A DNA stretch of 64,000 nucleotides, taken from contig CM075988.1 of assembly GCA_038087875.1 (NCBI GenBank), positions 24,492,001 to 24,556,000 on the forward strand, written 5' to 3'. Within the stretch, counting starts at the first letter, position 1. Each line of letters opens with the position of its first letter. The position numbers were made by a program, and so were the translations under genes. The notes beneath the pieces were generated by a model, which had not been told where the DNA came from, did no database searches, and was given only the letters and a program-made list of their open reading frames with translations. Shown here piece by piece: positions 1-11,944 of this stretch. Source of the DNA: Malacoraja senta. Its lineage: Eukaryota.

Positions 1-203
1 GCAGCATCTCTGGATTGAAGGACTGGGTGACGTTTTAGCTCATATATGGAAGGGTAAGGTGTAAGGGGAGGGTAACATTTACCTTTCCATATCTCTGTGT
101 GTCCCCCTCCCCTGACTCTCAGTCTGAAGAAGGGTCACGACCCGAAACGTCACCCTTTCCTTCTCTCCAAAGATGCTGCCTGTCCCGCTGAGTTACTCTT
201 CCA
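1..203. mobile_element. Penelope-like element pseudo-LTR fragments as an inverted pair, containing a hammerhead-like motif
   Basis: Same unit as the sequence following the GIY-YIG coding end at 34520-34605; minus copy at 1-35 and plus copy at about 100-203. Confidence 0.75.
124..151 (+). ncRNA. Minimal type I hammerhead ribozyme motif, Penelope-associated
   Basis: CTGAAGA-A-GGGTC-AC-GACCC-GAAAC-GTC: CUGANGA box, stem II, GAAA box, palindromic ACGT mini stem III and GUC triplet. Confidence 0.65.
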
Positions 204-836
204 CTAGTGGAAACATCCTCTCCACACCCACTCTATCCAGGCATTCTCGAGGTGTTTATCGTCATTTATTGTTCCTTAGCTGGCCTTGGAAATTGATCGC
301 GAGTACTCAGCTTGATTCGCTGCAGTTTATGTTGTGGTCGCACAGACCTGCCAGAGATTGAATGATTTGCAAGCTGGTCAATCAATGAAAATTACATCCT
401 CATTAATCGCCCATATTATGAACAACTGTAGATGCTGAGTTTCATTCCACTTCTGTCAAACTCAATTGAAATGATTTGTCATTCAGAAAACAATTGACGC
501 TCCTTGGGAAAGGGACGTAATCCCTCAAACCCAGAAACCAGTGACAAAAGGTGAGATAGATTAGGAAGTGGCAAGAAGCCTGCAGATTGCACAAGGAAAA
601 TTAATGGATCATGTTCGGCGAAATTATTTCCACGGAATGATTCCTTTTTCTGCCAGTCTTAGTCATTTGTTGTCTGTCTAGGTTCGAAGATGGAAGGAAC
701 TGCCATCCTTTCAGACGTGTTCAAAGGGTTCCAAAACACCACTTCTGATGGGATATGAATGAAAATACATCGTTGATGAACAGAAGGTTCTTCCAATCAG
801 CCTGACATTTGCAATTGTTGAACATTATCTGGACCT

Positions 837-1105
837 CCCCGTGGTCACCCCTGTCAACTGACCTCAGTCAGGCAAACGACAACAAACAGAGACAGCAGCA
901 GAATTAACAACGAACGAACAACAACAGCTTGCAGCCTTAATGCAACCTCAGTCGCCGCAGCTTGGCGCCAACCCGGAGCATGCACCCTTTTTAGGGCGGC
1001 CACCTACGGATGTCGAACCGGATGGCGTCATCCTGCTGCAGCTGAATGTAAGGATTCAGCTGGAGGGCGTTACATAACTTCTGCTGCCTCAAATGCAAGA
1101 AGAAG
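837..1105 (+). mobile_element. Short non-autonomous retroposon (family C) with (GAA)n tail and 5'-truncated HDV-like ribozyme
   Basis: Direct repeat AACATTATCTGGACCT at 821-836 and 1106-1121; tail CAAGAAGAAG; internal hairpin CAGCTGAAT-GTAAGG-ATTCAGCTG at 1039-1062. Confidence 0.8.
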
Positions 1106-1206
1106 AACATTATCTGGACCTTTTCCAAGTTCAGAATATTGTACATTATATCGGGGTAACCAAAACAGAGTGTGGTCCCCTGGATAGACACAAAATGCCG
1201 GAGTAA

Positions 1207-1379
1207 AGGGCGTGTCGCACTTGGGCATCATTTGTGCGTAATTTACGCAACATCATTTACGCGCGCATTGTGCTTGGTGGCGTAGGCAGTGACGCGCGGT
1301 CGCTCGCGGCGCCCCAGGATTTTGGGATGTACAAAATCTTCGCGTGCCATCTGCGTGACGCGCAAGTGGGACAGGCCCT
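1207..1379. mobile_element. PIF/Harbinger-like MITE inserted in a Penelope pseudo-LTR fragment
   Basis: TIRs AGGGCGTGTCGCACTTG / CAAGTGGGACAGGCCCT; flanks TAA/TTA; splits GGAGTAA|CTCAGCGGGACAGG. Confidence 0.8.
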
Positions 1380-1607
1380 TTACTCAGCGGGACAGGCAGC
1401 ATCTCTGGATAGCAGGAATGGGTGACGTTTAGGGTCGAGAGATCAAAGGGGACAAGGATAAAGGAAAATGTAGATCATTGTCAGGTGACAATGAGGCACA
1501 CAATCAGTAAAATGGTTCATCTTTGTTGTAAACCAGCCTCTGTAATTCCCTCCTACACATGTACAGTAGGCCCCTGAATTTGGTCAGAGCAGAGGCCTTC
1601 ACAAGAT

Positions 1608-1740
1608 GATTAGTACCGGTATCAGGGGTTATGGGGTGAAAGCAGGAGAATGGGGTTGAGAGGGAAAGATAGATCAGCCATGATTGAATGGCGGAGTAGA
1701 CTTAATGGGCTGAATGGCCTAATTCTGCTCCTAGAACATG
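1608..1740 (+). mobile_element. CR1 LINE 3' end fragment
   Basis: GGTATCAGGGGTTATGGGG...GATCAGCCATGATTGAATGGCGGAG...AATGGCCTAATTCTGCTCCTA matches the other CR1 3' ends. Confidence 0.75.
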
Positions 1741-2068
1741 AATGAGTTGCCACCTATGTGTTGTTTGGGTCAAAATGATCAAAGTGAAAAGTAGGCTTTG
1801 GTACAAAGCTTTTGCCACTGTCTTTACTCATTGACTTCTTGACATTCTGTCTATGAAATGGATGATAAACCTAATCATTATTCAGTAACTTCTATCGGCA
1901 CCAGAATAATTCCATCACTGATTATTAACAAGACCCAAAATCTAGCTCACTGACCTGTATTGTTAGCTCTTCACATGATGCCCGACGAGCGGTGTGTTTG
2001 AGCATTTATTACTCTTATCTGCTTTAAAAATAAATGTTCATAGTTCTATTGCCAATGGCCTTCCAAGC

Positions 2069-2247
2069 TGATTAACCTACAAACCCGTACGTCTTTGGAG
2101 TGCGGGAGGAAACGGAAGATCTAGGAGAACGCAGGTCACAGGGAGAACGTACAAACTCCGTACGGACAAGCACCCGTAGTCAGGATCGAACCCGGGTCTC
2201 TGGCGCTGTAAGGCAGCAACTGTTCCGCTGCTCTACCGTGCTGCCCC
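2069..2247 (-). mobile_element. HE1-type V-SINE (5' part)
   Basis: Reverse complement of tRNA-like head (GGTTCGATCC B box) and V domain. Confidence 0.8.
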
Positions 2248-2544
2248 CTGTTTCAGAATGCTTAGTCTCTGAACTGGTCGCCACAGAATGCACGTGGCTG
2301 ATCCTGCTTAGTTTATGCTCAGTGGTGATTCTGAGAATGTTAACGGTTGGGGGAGGGATTTGCCAGTGGCGGTGCGGTGTGATATGAAGCCGAGCTCGTT
2401 GGCCACACTCCTTGTTTGGAGAGATTGCAAAGGGAGTGGTGCACCCTGCATCAGCGTGCAATCCGCCCCATTTCTGACATGGCGGAGAGATGGCCACTGA
2501 TGCAGGAGATAAAGCTCTCCCTGTAGAACACTTGCACTCATATT

Positions 2545-3150
2545 CTGTGTTTGAGATAATTGGTCTCCAATAAACAAAACCATCTTCCTCCGTCACGCAA
2601 TACTCCAATTCACTTCCTATTCATTTTGGTGTTCCCAGGGCTACTTGATATCACACTTGAACAAATGCTGTCCAGGCGCCAAGGGCAATTGCTCACACTT
2701 CACCTCCAGAATTCAGTTCCTGTCTGCATTTACACCAGAGCTGCAATATCTGGTGCTGAGTGGTCCTAGCAGAACACATACTGAGCTTCAGTGAGCAGGT
2801 TATTGGTAGGCATGTGTTGTTCCATAGCAATATCAGTGACATTTTTCCATCATTTCACTGATGACTGAGAGTAGATTGATTGATCCTATTTTTGGTGGAC
2901 ATGACATACCTCGGCAATTTTACACATGGCCAGGTAGACGTAAGTGTTGTAATTGTTCCGGAGCGGCTTGGCTAGAGGTGCAATTACTTCTGAAGTGCAG
3001 GCTTTCAGCTCTGCAGCCCAGAAATTGTCTGGTCACGTAGCTTTTATTGTTTCCAGTGTCCTCACTTGATATTGCGATGAGTGAATCAAAATTGGCCGAT
3101 GCACCAGTAATGATGTCAAGCCCAGCAGGAGGCTGAGATCAATCATCCAC
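2545..3150 (-). mobile_element. Old, heavily degraded non-LTR retrotransposon RT fragment
   Basis: Minus strand shows eroded RT-like coding text (NLLTEAQY-like segment, frame-broken); family not firmly assigned. Confidence 0.45.
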
Positions 3151-3286
3151 ATGCTAGACAAAAGATGGAAGCAGTAACTCCAACCTTTAACTTCCACGTT
3201 CATCTGCTGATAAAGCTGATGTCAGAAGGGAGGAGCTTCACGCAGAGCATAAACTTGTTGGGATTCAATGAAATTCTACATAATTC

Positions 3287-3572
3287 TTATGTTCACAAGT
3301 GATAGGAGCAGAATTAGGCCATTCGGCCCATCAAGTCTACTACCATTCAATCATGGCTGATCTATCTCTCCCTTCTAACCCCATTCTCCTGCCTTCTCCT
3401 CATAAGCCCTGACACCCATACTAATCGAGAATTTATCTATCTCTGCCTTAAAAACATCCATTGTCTTGGCCTCCACAGACTTCTTTGGCAATGAATTCCA
3501 CAGATTCACCACCCTCTGACTTAAGAAATTCCTCCTCATCTCTTTTCTAAAGGAAAGTCCTTTAATTCTGAA
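3287..3572 (-). mobile_element. CR1 LINE 3' end
   Basis: ORF 3375..3707 ends FRKEMRRNFLSQRVVNLWNSLP...FKAEID, the CR1 ORF2 C-terminus, followed by 3' UTR. Confidence 0.85.
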
Positions 3573-4870
3573 GCCAGCAAGGAATTTTGAGGAAACAAAT
3601 ATGGAAACTGTGGAGTTATTGTAAACACATTTAGTAGATCCTGGAAAAACCAAAGTCCAGCTAGATGAACAATCCGCCATATTATCAATACTGAGCATCA
3701 GCCACAATTATTCACTGCAGTATTTGTATTGGTTCTTGCAGTTGATACAACACTATAGATATTGGGCCCACAATTTGTAAAGCCAAATATATTTAAACAT
3801 GTAATTTGTACAAAAGGAAGAAATCTGAGACAATGGTGGAAGAACTTGGTTCAAAGCTAACCTGTGGATTGTTGTTACATATTCTCATTGACACTTCATT
3901 AACAAGGGAAATTTGGCATTACCTAATGTAACGTTGCTCTCTATCCCATTAGTACATTCAGTCTAACTTAGATGAGCTCGTCCATCCATTTGTTACCATT
4001 ACACAGTGGTTGGCAGTACATATGACCATACCAGGCCAACGATGACAATGTCGGCAGCAAGGTAGGGTGAGATGTGCGATAGCTAGCAGGTGCATGAAGG
4101 ACATCATCACCAGCCTCCATAAGCTCTCTCAGTTTACAATTACACATATAAAACCCTGAGTGAGTTGCAATCTAGATTTAGAACACAGTCTTCCAACAGT
4201 AACCCGAGTTTATTTAATTGATTAAAGAACATCAGGAAGATCTCATTTAAGAATTCCACATGAGAAAGAGCAGGTTTCTATCACAAAGAGGCACCACTCA
4301 ACTTGGCAACTAAAGACTTAAGTGATAACTTGAAAATCAGCAGTGCAAAGATTGAGGATCATGACTGGAAGAGATATAAAGAACAACAAAAGGTGGCCAA
4401 ATGAACATTAATAATGATAAAATGAAACTTTCAAAATGCAAGCTATTTTGTTTAATTCATTTGTTAAAATAAGAAGGTCATGAGCAAAGTGGACCACTTG
4501 AAGTGGTGATTGTGCAGGTGAAAATTTGGAAATGGCAGCAAAGTTGAATATTTACTTTGTTTCAGTCTTTGATGAGGATGGCGTGCGTAATGGATGGGGA
4601 AAATCATGGAGCTTTAACTGTGTTCTCACCTCACAGATGCTGCATGCTGGTTCTCACCTCACTGTGTTCCCACCTTACAGACGTTCGGTGCTGGCTCAAA
4701 GGGCCGATTGGCCTCCTCCTGCACCTATTTTCTATGTTTCTATGTTTCTATGTTTCTATGCTGTGCAGTGGACTTCCAGTGTTTCTGTTCTTAGTTGACA
4801 AAATAAACATCCCGAAAAAAACTGAAACTGCATCAGAAATAGGAACTGACCGTTGCAGATGGTCACGTTC

Positions 4871-5187
4871 GGCCCGGTGTTGCAGCGGTAGAGTTGCTGC
4901 CTTTCAGCGCCAGAGACCCGGGTTCGATCCTGACTCCTGGTGCGGAGTTTGTACGTTCTCCCCGTGACCACGTGGGTTTTTCCCGGGTGCTCCGGTTTCC
5001 TCCCACACTCCAAAGACGTACAGGTTTGGCGGATGATTTGGCCTTGGTAAAAATTGTAAATTGTCCCTTGTCTGTAGGATAGCTTTAGAGTTCAGGGATT
5101 GCTGGTCGGCACTGACTCGGTGGGCTGAAGGGCCTGTTTCCATGCTGTATCTCTAAATAAATTAAACTACACTATATTAAACTAAAC
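4871..5187 (+). mobile_element. HE1-type V-SINE, near full length
   Basis: tRNA-like A/B boxes, V domain GTTCTCCCCGTGACC...GGTTTCCTCCCACACTCCAAAGAC, CR1-type tail GGGCCTGTTTCC...TGTATCTCTAAA. Confidence 0.85.
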
Positions 5188-6049
5188 TTAAGCAAAATAA
5201 AGAGTGATAAATTCCTGCGATCAAATGTCAGCCATCTCAAGACCCTACAGGTATTACATGAGAATATTGCAGATATTCAACATAAGTCCTGAGGCAAGGC
5301 CGCGACCTGAAATGCCCACCATCCCTCTGTCTCCACTGGTGATGCTGGCCCCAAACACGCATTTTTTTGTCATAATGTTGTGAAATTCTCATGATTTTGA
5401 GAACCATTCTCAAATTGAGTGTTATAAAGATGGACATATTTTTTAATATGGCCTCACATGTGACACTGTTGGTTAAACCCAAAACTCAAGTGTGTTGAGG
5501 GCAAATTATTTTCATGATTAGGAAATTGACGGAGAAGCAGGAGTGGCGATAATGGCATGCTCCCACATTGGCATAGGGTGACCAGTGGCTATTTGTAAGG
5601 TTCTACATGAGGGCTGGAGTTGTGGAGAATATTAAGCAACGGTCGGCAGATCCACATCTGTCATGTCCAGATTCTCCTCTGAGGTTTCAAGGAGAGGCGG
5701 CACTCTAAGCTGCATAGATGGAAGCATTAAATTATAAAGGAATTTCAATAGATTAAACTAATACGCAAAATCAGTTTCAAACAAGGCAAGTCCAAAGTCA
5801 ACATTTTTGACATAAAGAGGACTGAATAATGTATTTTCTAATTGATGAAAAGCAAAAGTGGAGTTTGAAGGTGGCTTGGCTTACCATGTGTAAAGACCAT
5901 TAAAATTATCATGGATAGAGAGAAAGTAATTGAGGTAGATCTGTGGAATGTTGTCTTTTGTTTTCTCCAGACTAGAATACTCAGAATAGCAAAAACTGTG
6001 ACTTCCAGTGACTGAAGGACAAACCGGTAACCCACTGGTGGCCTAGACA

Positions 6050-6272
6050 AGTGATGTGGGTGGTGGGAATCCCATTATGGCAGCTGGACAACTTAAATTC
6101 AATTGATGAAATAAATCTGGAACAAAAAGCTAGTATCAGCAATGGTAATCATGAAATTTGTGAATGGTTGTAAAAAAACTTTCTGCTGCATATTTGGTGA
6201 AGGAAATCTATCACCCTCAGCCAGTCTGGACAATGGGAGACTCAAGTCCGACGACACTATGGTTGACCCTTA
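6050..6272 (+). mobile_element. Older degraded SINE-like repeat
   Basis: Diverged reverse-complement copies at about 45127-45380 and 46316-46390. Confidence 0.45.
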
Positions 6273-6563
6273 CAAAAACACAAGGCAGGACACAGAAATA
6301 CCAAAATAAAGAGTAAAATGCTCAAAATCCTCAGCAGCATCATTGGTGGGAAAATTACATTTTTTCAGAACTGGGAACAGTTAGAGAGCCTTTTCCAACA
6401 AATAGAGTCAGGCTTTGATGGAGCAACATTAGTCAACGTTTCTTCATGAATAATGCGATCGGAATTTGCAATTTCATTTTCCAATTGATAGTTATAAATG
6501 ATTATATTTTTGTGTGATGCGGACCAAATGTTAAATGGAGTTAAGATCAGCCATGATGGACAA

Positions 6564-6871
6564 CACCATTACATCGATGATCCCATGGACGTCCCTGGCC
6601 AGGACCTGCCCCGAAAGCAGTGGACAACCCTTAACCGCTTGAGGACAGGCATCGGACGCTATGGAGTAGCGATGAAGAGGTGAGGCCTCGTGGACAGCGC
6701 CTCCTGCGAGTGTGGGGACCCAACACAGACAGTGGAGCACATAGTCACCAGTTGCCCCAAACACCGGCCACCGAATGGTGAACGAGGTCTGATTGACCTG
6801 GACGATGACACGTTGGCCTGGCTCGCCTCAATGGAGCTGCAGGTCTAAAAGACACACGACAGAAGAAGAAG
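6564..6871 (+). mobile_element. 5'-truncated Vingi/Ingi-clade LINE 3' end
   Basis: Translates PGQDLPRKQWTTLNRLRTGIGR...*GLVDSASCECGDPTQTVEHIVTSCP...LQV* (C-terminal CCHC knuckle); (GAA)n tail; TSD ATGATGGACAA at 6553-6563 and 6872-6882. Confidence 0.8.
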
Positions 6872-6937
6872 ATGATGGACAAACTGGTCTAACCCATTTG
6901 CCATTCTCTTGGACTCCTACTGTAAGAACATGTCTTG

Positions 6938-7235
6938 GTTTAGTTTAGTTTAGAGATACAGCGCAGAAACAGGCCTTTGCCCCACCCAGTCCGCGCCGAC
7001 CAGCGATACCTGCACATCAACATTATTCGACACGCACTCGGGACATTTTACATTTTTACCAAGCCAATTAACCTACAAATCTGTACGTCTTTGGAGTGTG
7101 GGAGGAAACCAGAACTCCCAGGGAAAACCTATACAGGTCACGGGGACCATGTACAAACCCTGTACAGACAGCAACAGTAGGCAGTATCGAACCTGGGCCT
7201 CTGCCGCAACTCTACCCGCTGTGCCATCGTGCCAC
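6938..7235 (-). mobile_element. HE1-type V-SINE
   Basis: (TTTAG)n tail on plus strand, V domain and tRNA-like head in reverse. Confidence 0.8.
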
Positions 7236-8419
7236 ACAAATGCTTATGTTTAAGAGAGTTACTGATCATAAGATTCCTTGTTGAATAGGGATCATACTGT
7301 CAAGCACTTGTTTAAAATTTCTTGAAAGGTCCGAAGCTATGAAAATGTCGATTGCCTTGTTATTATTTTCTGATTCTGGTCATGTAGGAAGGAATGATAT
7401 TTCAGTTTAGTGCTGGGAAGGTGAAGGAAATAGTCAGAGAGACAGACAAGAATTATTTCCAACTACAGCAGGTAGCAAAGGATGGGAAACCATCAGTAAA
7501 TTGAATTGAGAAAGATGTTCTTTGTGCATTTGCCGTAATGACCAGTTTGTTTTCCTCCACATTTACAGCTTTCCATTAATGAATGTTGTGACATCCCTTC
7601 ACTTTATTAAATGTCAGTGTCCCGGGAAGATGTGAATGATATGGAAATATATTTAAAGTGATAACTATACTGACGGACACATTTCCGAAGTAATCGTCCA
7701 CTGTGAAATGAGCCGAAGAGATTACAGCCGGGGTTCTCTTATCCTGATGGTGTGTTTTCAGCTGTCTGGTGTTAAGGCTGAGATAAATCTGACAGGATTG
7801 TCATTCTGGGCAATCACAGCTCAAATTGTAATCTATATGGGTTGAAATGATTGTGCGTCTATGTGATGTTGGGAGGAAATTGAACTCAACTTATTTCTCT
7901 GCATCTTTGATGAACCTTTGACGTGTCGAGTCTGCCAGAGAGACTATTAAATGCAGAGCCTGCCGAGATGTGTCATTACGTTTGGTAGGCAGATGGGTCT
8001 GGCTGACTTTCTTATCAGGCCCGGTGCCTCATCTGTGCAGTATCACTTAGGAGTTATTCTTTCAATAATGTTTTCATATTACTTGCAATCATGAGATATT
8101 GATCAGTCCCACGGTCCTCTCAGGTTTCGGAACAGCTTGGGGAGAGAATGAAAGGATTTACAGCAGGCTGTATCAGCCTGATTGTGTTGTGTGACATCGG
8201 TGCACCCATCACGAGGAAAAGGGAAATGCCACTCAGTATGAGTAGCTCAAAGCTTCTAATGCGTTCGTACATCCTCTTTCATCGACTGTCCCGATAGCAA
8301 TGCCATGAGTCTACTTTGATTTGATCACTCCATCCCTAAACAGAGGGTGTGGTGGAAGGGTGGAGGTTATTCTGGCTGGAGGTCTGTGAACAGTGGACTT
8401 GGGATTATATTCTCTCTTT

Positions 8420-9100
8420 GTTGATGGGTAGGGAAATGGCAGACAGAGTTTAATCTGAGCAAGTGTGACATGTTGCACTTTGGGAGGTCGAATGTATGGG
8501 AAAGTGTTTCGTTAATGGCAAGACCCTGAACAGCACTGATGTACAGAAGGATCTTGAGGTCCATGTTCATAGCACCCTCAAAGTGGCAACACAAGTGGTA
8601 GAGAAGGTGTATTGTCTGCTTACCTTCATTGATTGGGCCATTGAGTATAAGTCAAGAAGTCATGTTGAATCTTTTAGGACTTTGGTTAGGCCATATTTGC
8701 AGTATTGTATGTAGTTCTGGTCACCCCTATGCAGTATGGAAAGGGTGCAGGGAGAGGTTTATTAAAATACTGCCTTGATTAGAGAGTATTTGCTATAAGG
8801 GATAAGCCTACTCCTGCACCTATTGTCTATTGTCTATTGTCTATTGTCTAAGAAGAGGATAGTTTTCTCTTGTACTTTGGACGCTGAGAGATGACCTGTT
8901 AGACGTATACAGAAATTATGAGGCATAGATATGATAGACAGTCAGAACCTTTTCCCCAGGGTGGAAATGTCGAAGACTAGACGGCATAGGTTTGAGATGA
9001 GAGGAGCAAAATATAAAGGAGTAATTATTTTTAATACAGAATGTGGGTGCCTGAAATGCTCAGACAGGGATGGTGATGAAGGCAGATACAATAGTGGCTT
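8420..9100 (+). mobile_element. Degraded CR1 LINE RT C-terminal region, with a short CR1 tail inserted at about 8806-8849
   Basis: ORF fragments VQKDLEVHVHSTLKVATQV, LVRPYLQYC and NLFPRVEMSKTRRH. Confidence 0.75.
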
Positions 9101-9809
9101 TCTGGTTTATCACATATATTTGCAGGGAATGTGGATGTACCATCCCGAATGGTTAACTTACGAATACGCGCGGCAGCATCCCTGCCAACCAGGAATGTCA
9201 CGTGCGCAGTAGATTGGAAACATGTCCAAAACATAATCAGGGTTACACAAAATCGCAGGCTATAGTGCTATGAACCATGTAGAGATTATACATTTACAAA
9301 CACAGCAAGCAGATTTATACCAGTTGGTTTACAGCAAAATTATCCCTGAATGATCTATGTTCACTGGCATTCGTATTTATTTATTTTTGTTCCTAATCAT
9401 AAATTTGTGGGGAATAAATTGTAAAACCAGGAAATTTATACTAAAATTACATTAAAAGCATGAATGAATTTTGCTTTATTGATCTAATAATTGTTCAGTG
9501 TCTCAGCTATGACCTGTTAGACATGAAACAAATCTTAAGTGTTATTGCAGTGAATTCCTGCTTCTATAAACCGTCTGCTCGAAGCCGTGGATTAATAAAG
9601 TGTTGGATGCAGCAATGTAAAAATTTCACTATGAAACTTGAGCAGAGTTACCCATGAAGAAACACGAAGCATAACAGTGTAATGGACCATTTTGATTACC
9701 GAAGTAAAAAGGTAACATGGGTAGCAACGTGCGGACTGACCATTTAATCTGTTTCGTGTTTAATGATGGTGGTTAAAGAGTTCTATTGAATAAGTTCTGT
9801 TCATTAAAG

Positions 9810-10030
9810 AGTGCTGAACTACTATCTACCTCTTTGATGACCATCGGACTACCCTTGATCAGACTTTGCTGGCCTTACCTTGCACTCAACTTTATTCCCT
9901 GATCATGTATCTACACACTAAAAATGGATAGATTGTAATCATGTATTATATTTCTGCCGACTGGTTAGCACGCAACAGAAAGCTTTTCACTGCCACTGTA
10001 CGTGACAATCAACTAAACTGAACTGAACTG
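9810..10030 (+). mobile_element. LINE 3' UTR fragment (Rex1-like) with (CTGAA)n tail
   Basis: Reverse-complement copy at 20428-20725. Confidence 0.5.
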
Positions 10031-10320
10031 TAAGGTACAACTGGAACAAGATCTCCAGTGCTAATGACCTCACTCAGCACAGAGCTGGAAGCATAAGATC
10101 ACAGAGAAGGAATACATCTGTGCCGTTCCCAATACCATCCACTGTGAGTGGGCCAATTTCAACAAACTCACCTGTTTATCAGAATTCGCCTTTAACAAGA
10201 TTTAAATACAATAATGCTCTGATATTAGCTAAGTTTTATACATTGCTATTAGGATCACTTTCCCATGCCCTGTCCCCATATCTAGGTTCAGTGGGAATTT
10301 CTACCTAGTATTTCCTATCA

Positions 10321-10735
10321 ACACAAAAAGCTGGAGTAACTCAGCATCTCTAGAGAAAAGGAATAGGTGAAGTTTCGGGTCGAGACCCTTATTCAGACTG
10401 CATGGACCTCAGAGGCAGCATCTCTGGAGAACATGGATACGTGTAATTTTGGGTCGTGACCTTCTACAATCCGAAGAAAGGTCATGACCTGAAACTTTAC
10501 CTATCCATGTTCTCCAGAGATGCTGCCTGACCCGCAGAGTTACTCCAGCATTTTGTATTTTTCTCTGACCTATCCTACCCTAGCCTAGCCTGATCAAGCT
10601 TGAGTTGTTGTATGACAGACACAAAAAGCTGGAGTAACTCAGCGGATCAGGCAGCATCTCTGCAGAAAAGGAATAGGTGACATTTTGGGTCGAGACCTTT
10701 CTTCAGACTGAGAGTCAGGGGAAAGGGGAACAAGG
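10321..10735. mobile_element. Cluster of Penelope pseudo-LTR fragments including an inverted pair at about 10413-10560
   Basis: Repeated GCTGGAGTAACTCAGC / GAGACCCTTCTTCAGACTG units on both strands. Confidence 0.75.
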
Positions 10736-11235
10736 GAGTACTTAGGACCAACTGTTGTGTTGCTGTATCTTGGCTTAGCCTAGTGCAGCCTCACTTGGCC
10801 TGACCTGGTCTCTTTACTTCTATCCTGGTGGTCTACAGGTGCTTAGAATTCTCTGTTGAGCTTTTCCAAACAGAAGCCACATGTCTCGTATGTATTTCTG
10901 ACAGATAAGGAGTCGACCTCGACCTTTCTTGATGATTGCACTACCTTCTATTTTCTTCTTTCTCTTGTTTGCTGAGAGCAATCAGCAGTTTGAACGAGGT
11001 CCAGTTTGCCTTCAGTCAATAATATCTGACTCATGACAACTTGATCCACAGACAGATTACACAACGCACCACAACAGTTTGAGCCTAACTCTATTTCCAG
11101 AGCAAATGAATCAATCGAAAATCAGTTGAATCTATGGGAACTCAGAAGAAACTGATGGATCAATTGCACTTCCTGTTCATCACACTTTACATGCCCCATA
11201 GCAGCTAACACGAATTGCAGTCTAGAGGCGATATA

Positions 11236-11944
11236 ATAGAAACATAGAAACTTAGAAACATAGAAAAATAGGTGCAGGAGTCAGCCATTCAGCCCTTCGA
11301 GCCAGCACCGCCATTCAATATGATCATGGCTGATCATCTAAAATCAGTACTCCGTTCCTGCTTTTTCCCCATTTCCCTTGATTCCTTTAGCCCTATGAAC
11401 TAAATCTTAAAGCCCTGTCCCACGGTACGAGTTCATTCCAAGAGCTATCCCGAGTTTGCCCTGATTCGAACTCGGAGATTTACGGTAATGGCCACTCGTC
11501 GGTACTCGGGGCTCTCGTGGACATTTTTCAACATGTTGAAAAATCTTCACGAGTCTTCCCGAGCTTACCTGCGAGTCTTCCTGAGTACCTGCCGTTAGTG
11601 TTACGAGCCGTTAAGAGACGTCCCCGAGCTCCGACGTACCCGTTACGTTCATTCTCCGTGCTTACCACGAGCTCGATTTTTTTTAAACTCGGGAGAGCTC
11701 TTGGAATGAACTCGTACTGTGGGACAGGGCTATAACTCTCTTTTTAAAACATCCGGTGAATTGGCCTCCACTGCCTTCTGTGGCAGAGAATTCAACAGAT
11801 TCACAACTCTCTGGTTGAAGAAGTTTTTCCTCATCTCAGTCCTAAATGGCTTACCCCTTATTCTTAAACTGTGACCACTGGTTCTGGACACCCCCAACAT
11901 GGGGAACATTTTTCATGCATCAAGCCTGTCCAATCCCTTAAGAA
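11236..11944 (-). mobile_element. CR1 LINE 3' end interrupted by a Harbinger-like MITE
   Basis: (TTTCTATG)n tail; CR1 3' text resumes exactly across the MITE. Confidence 0.85.
11410..11732. mobile_element. PIF/Harbinger-like MITE, family H1
   Basis: About 45-bp TIRs (AAGCCCTGTCCCACGGTACGAGTTCATTCCAAGAGCT...), TTA/TAA flanks; four copies in the window. Confidence 0.85.

Noticed and set aside
955..1030. Possible 2A-like peptide in family C (GANPE or DVEPDG)
   Set aside because: Does not match D(V/I)ExNPGP in any frame
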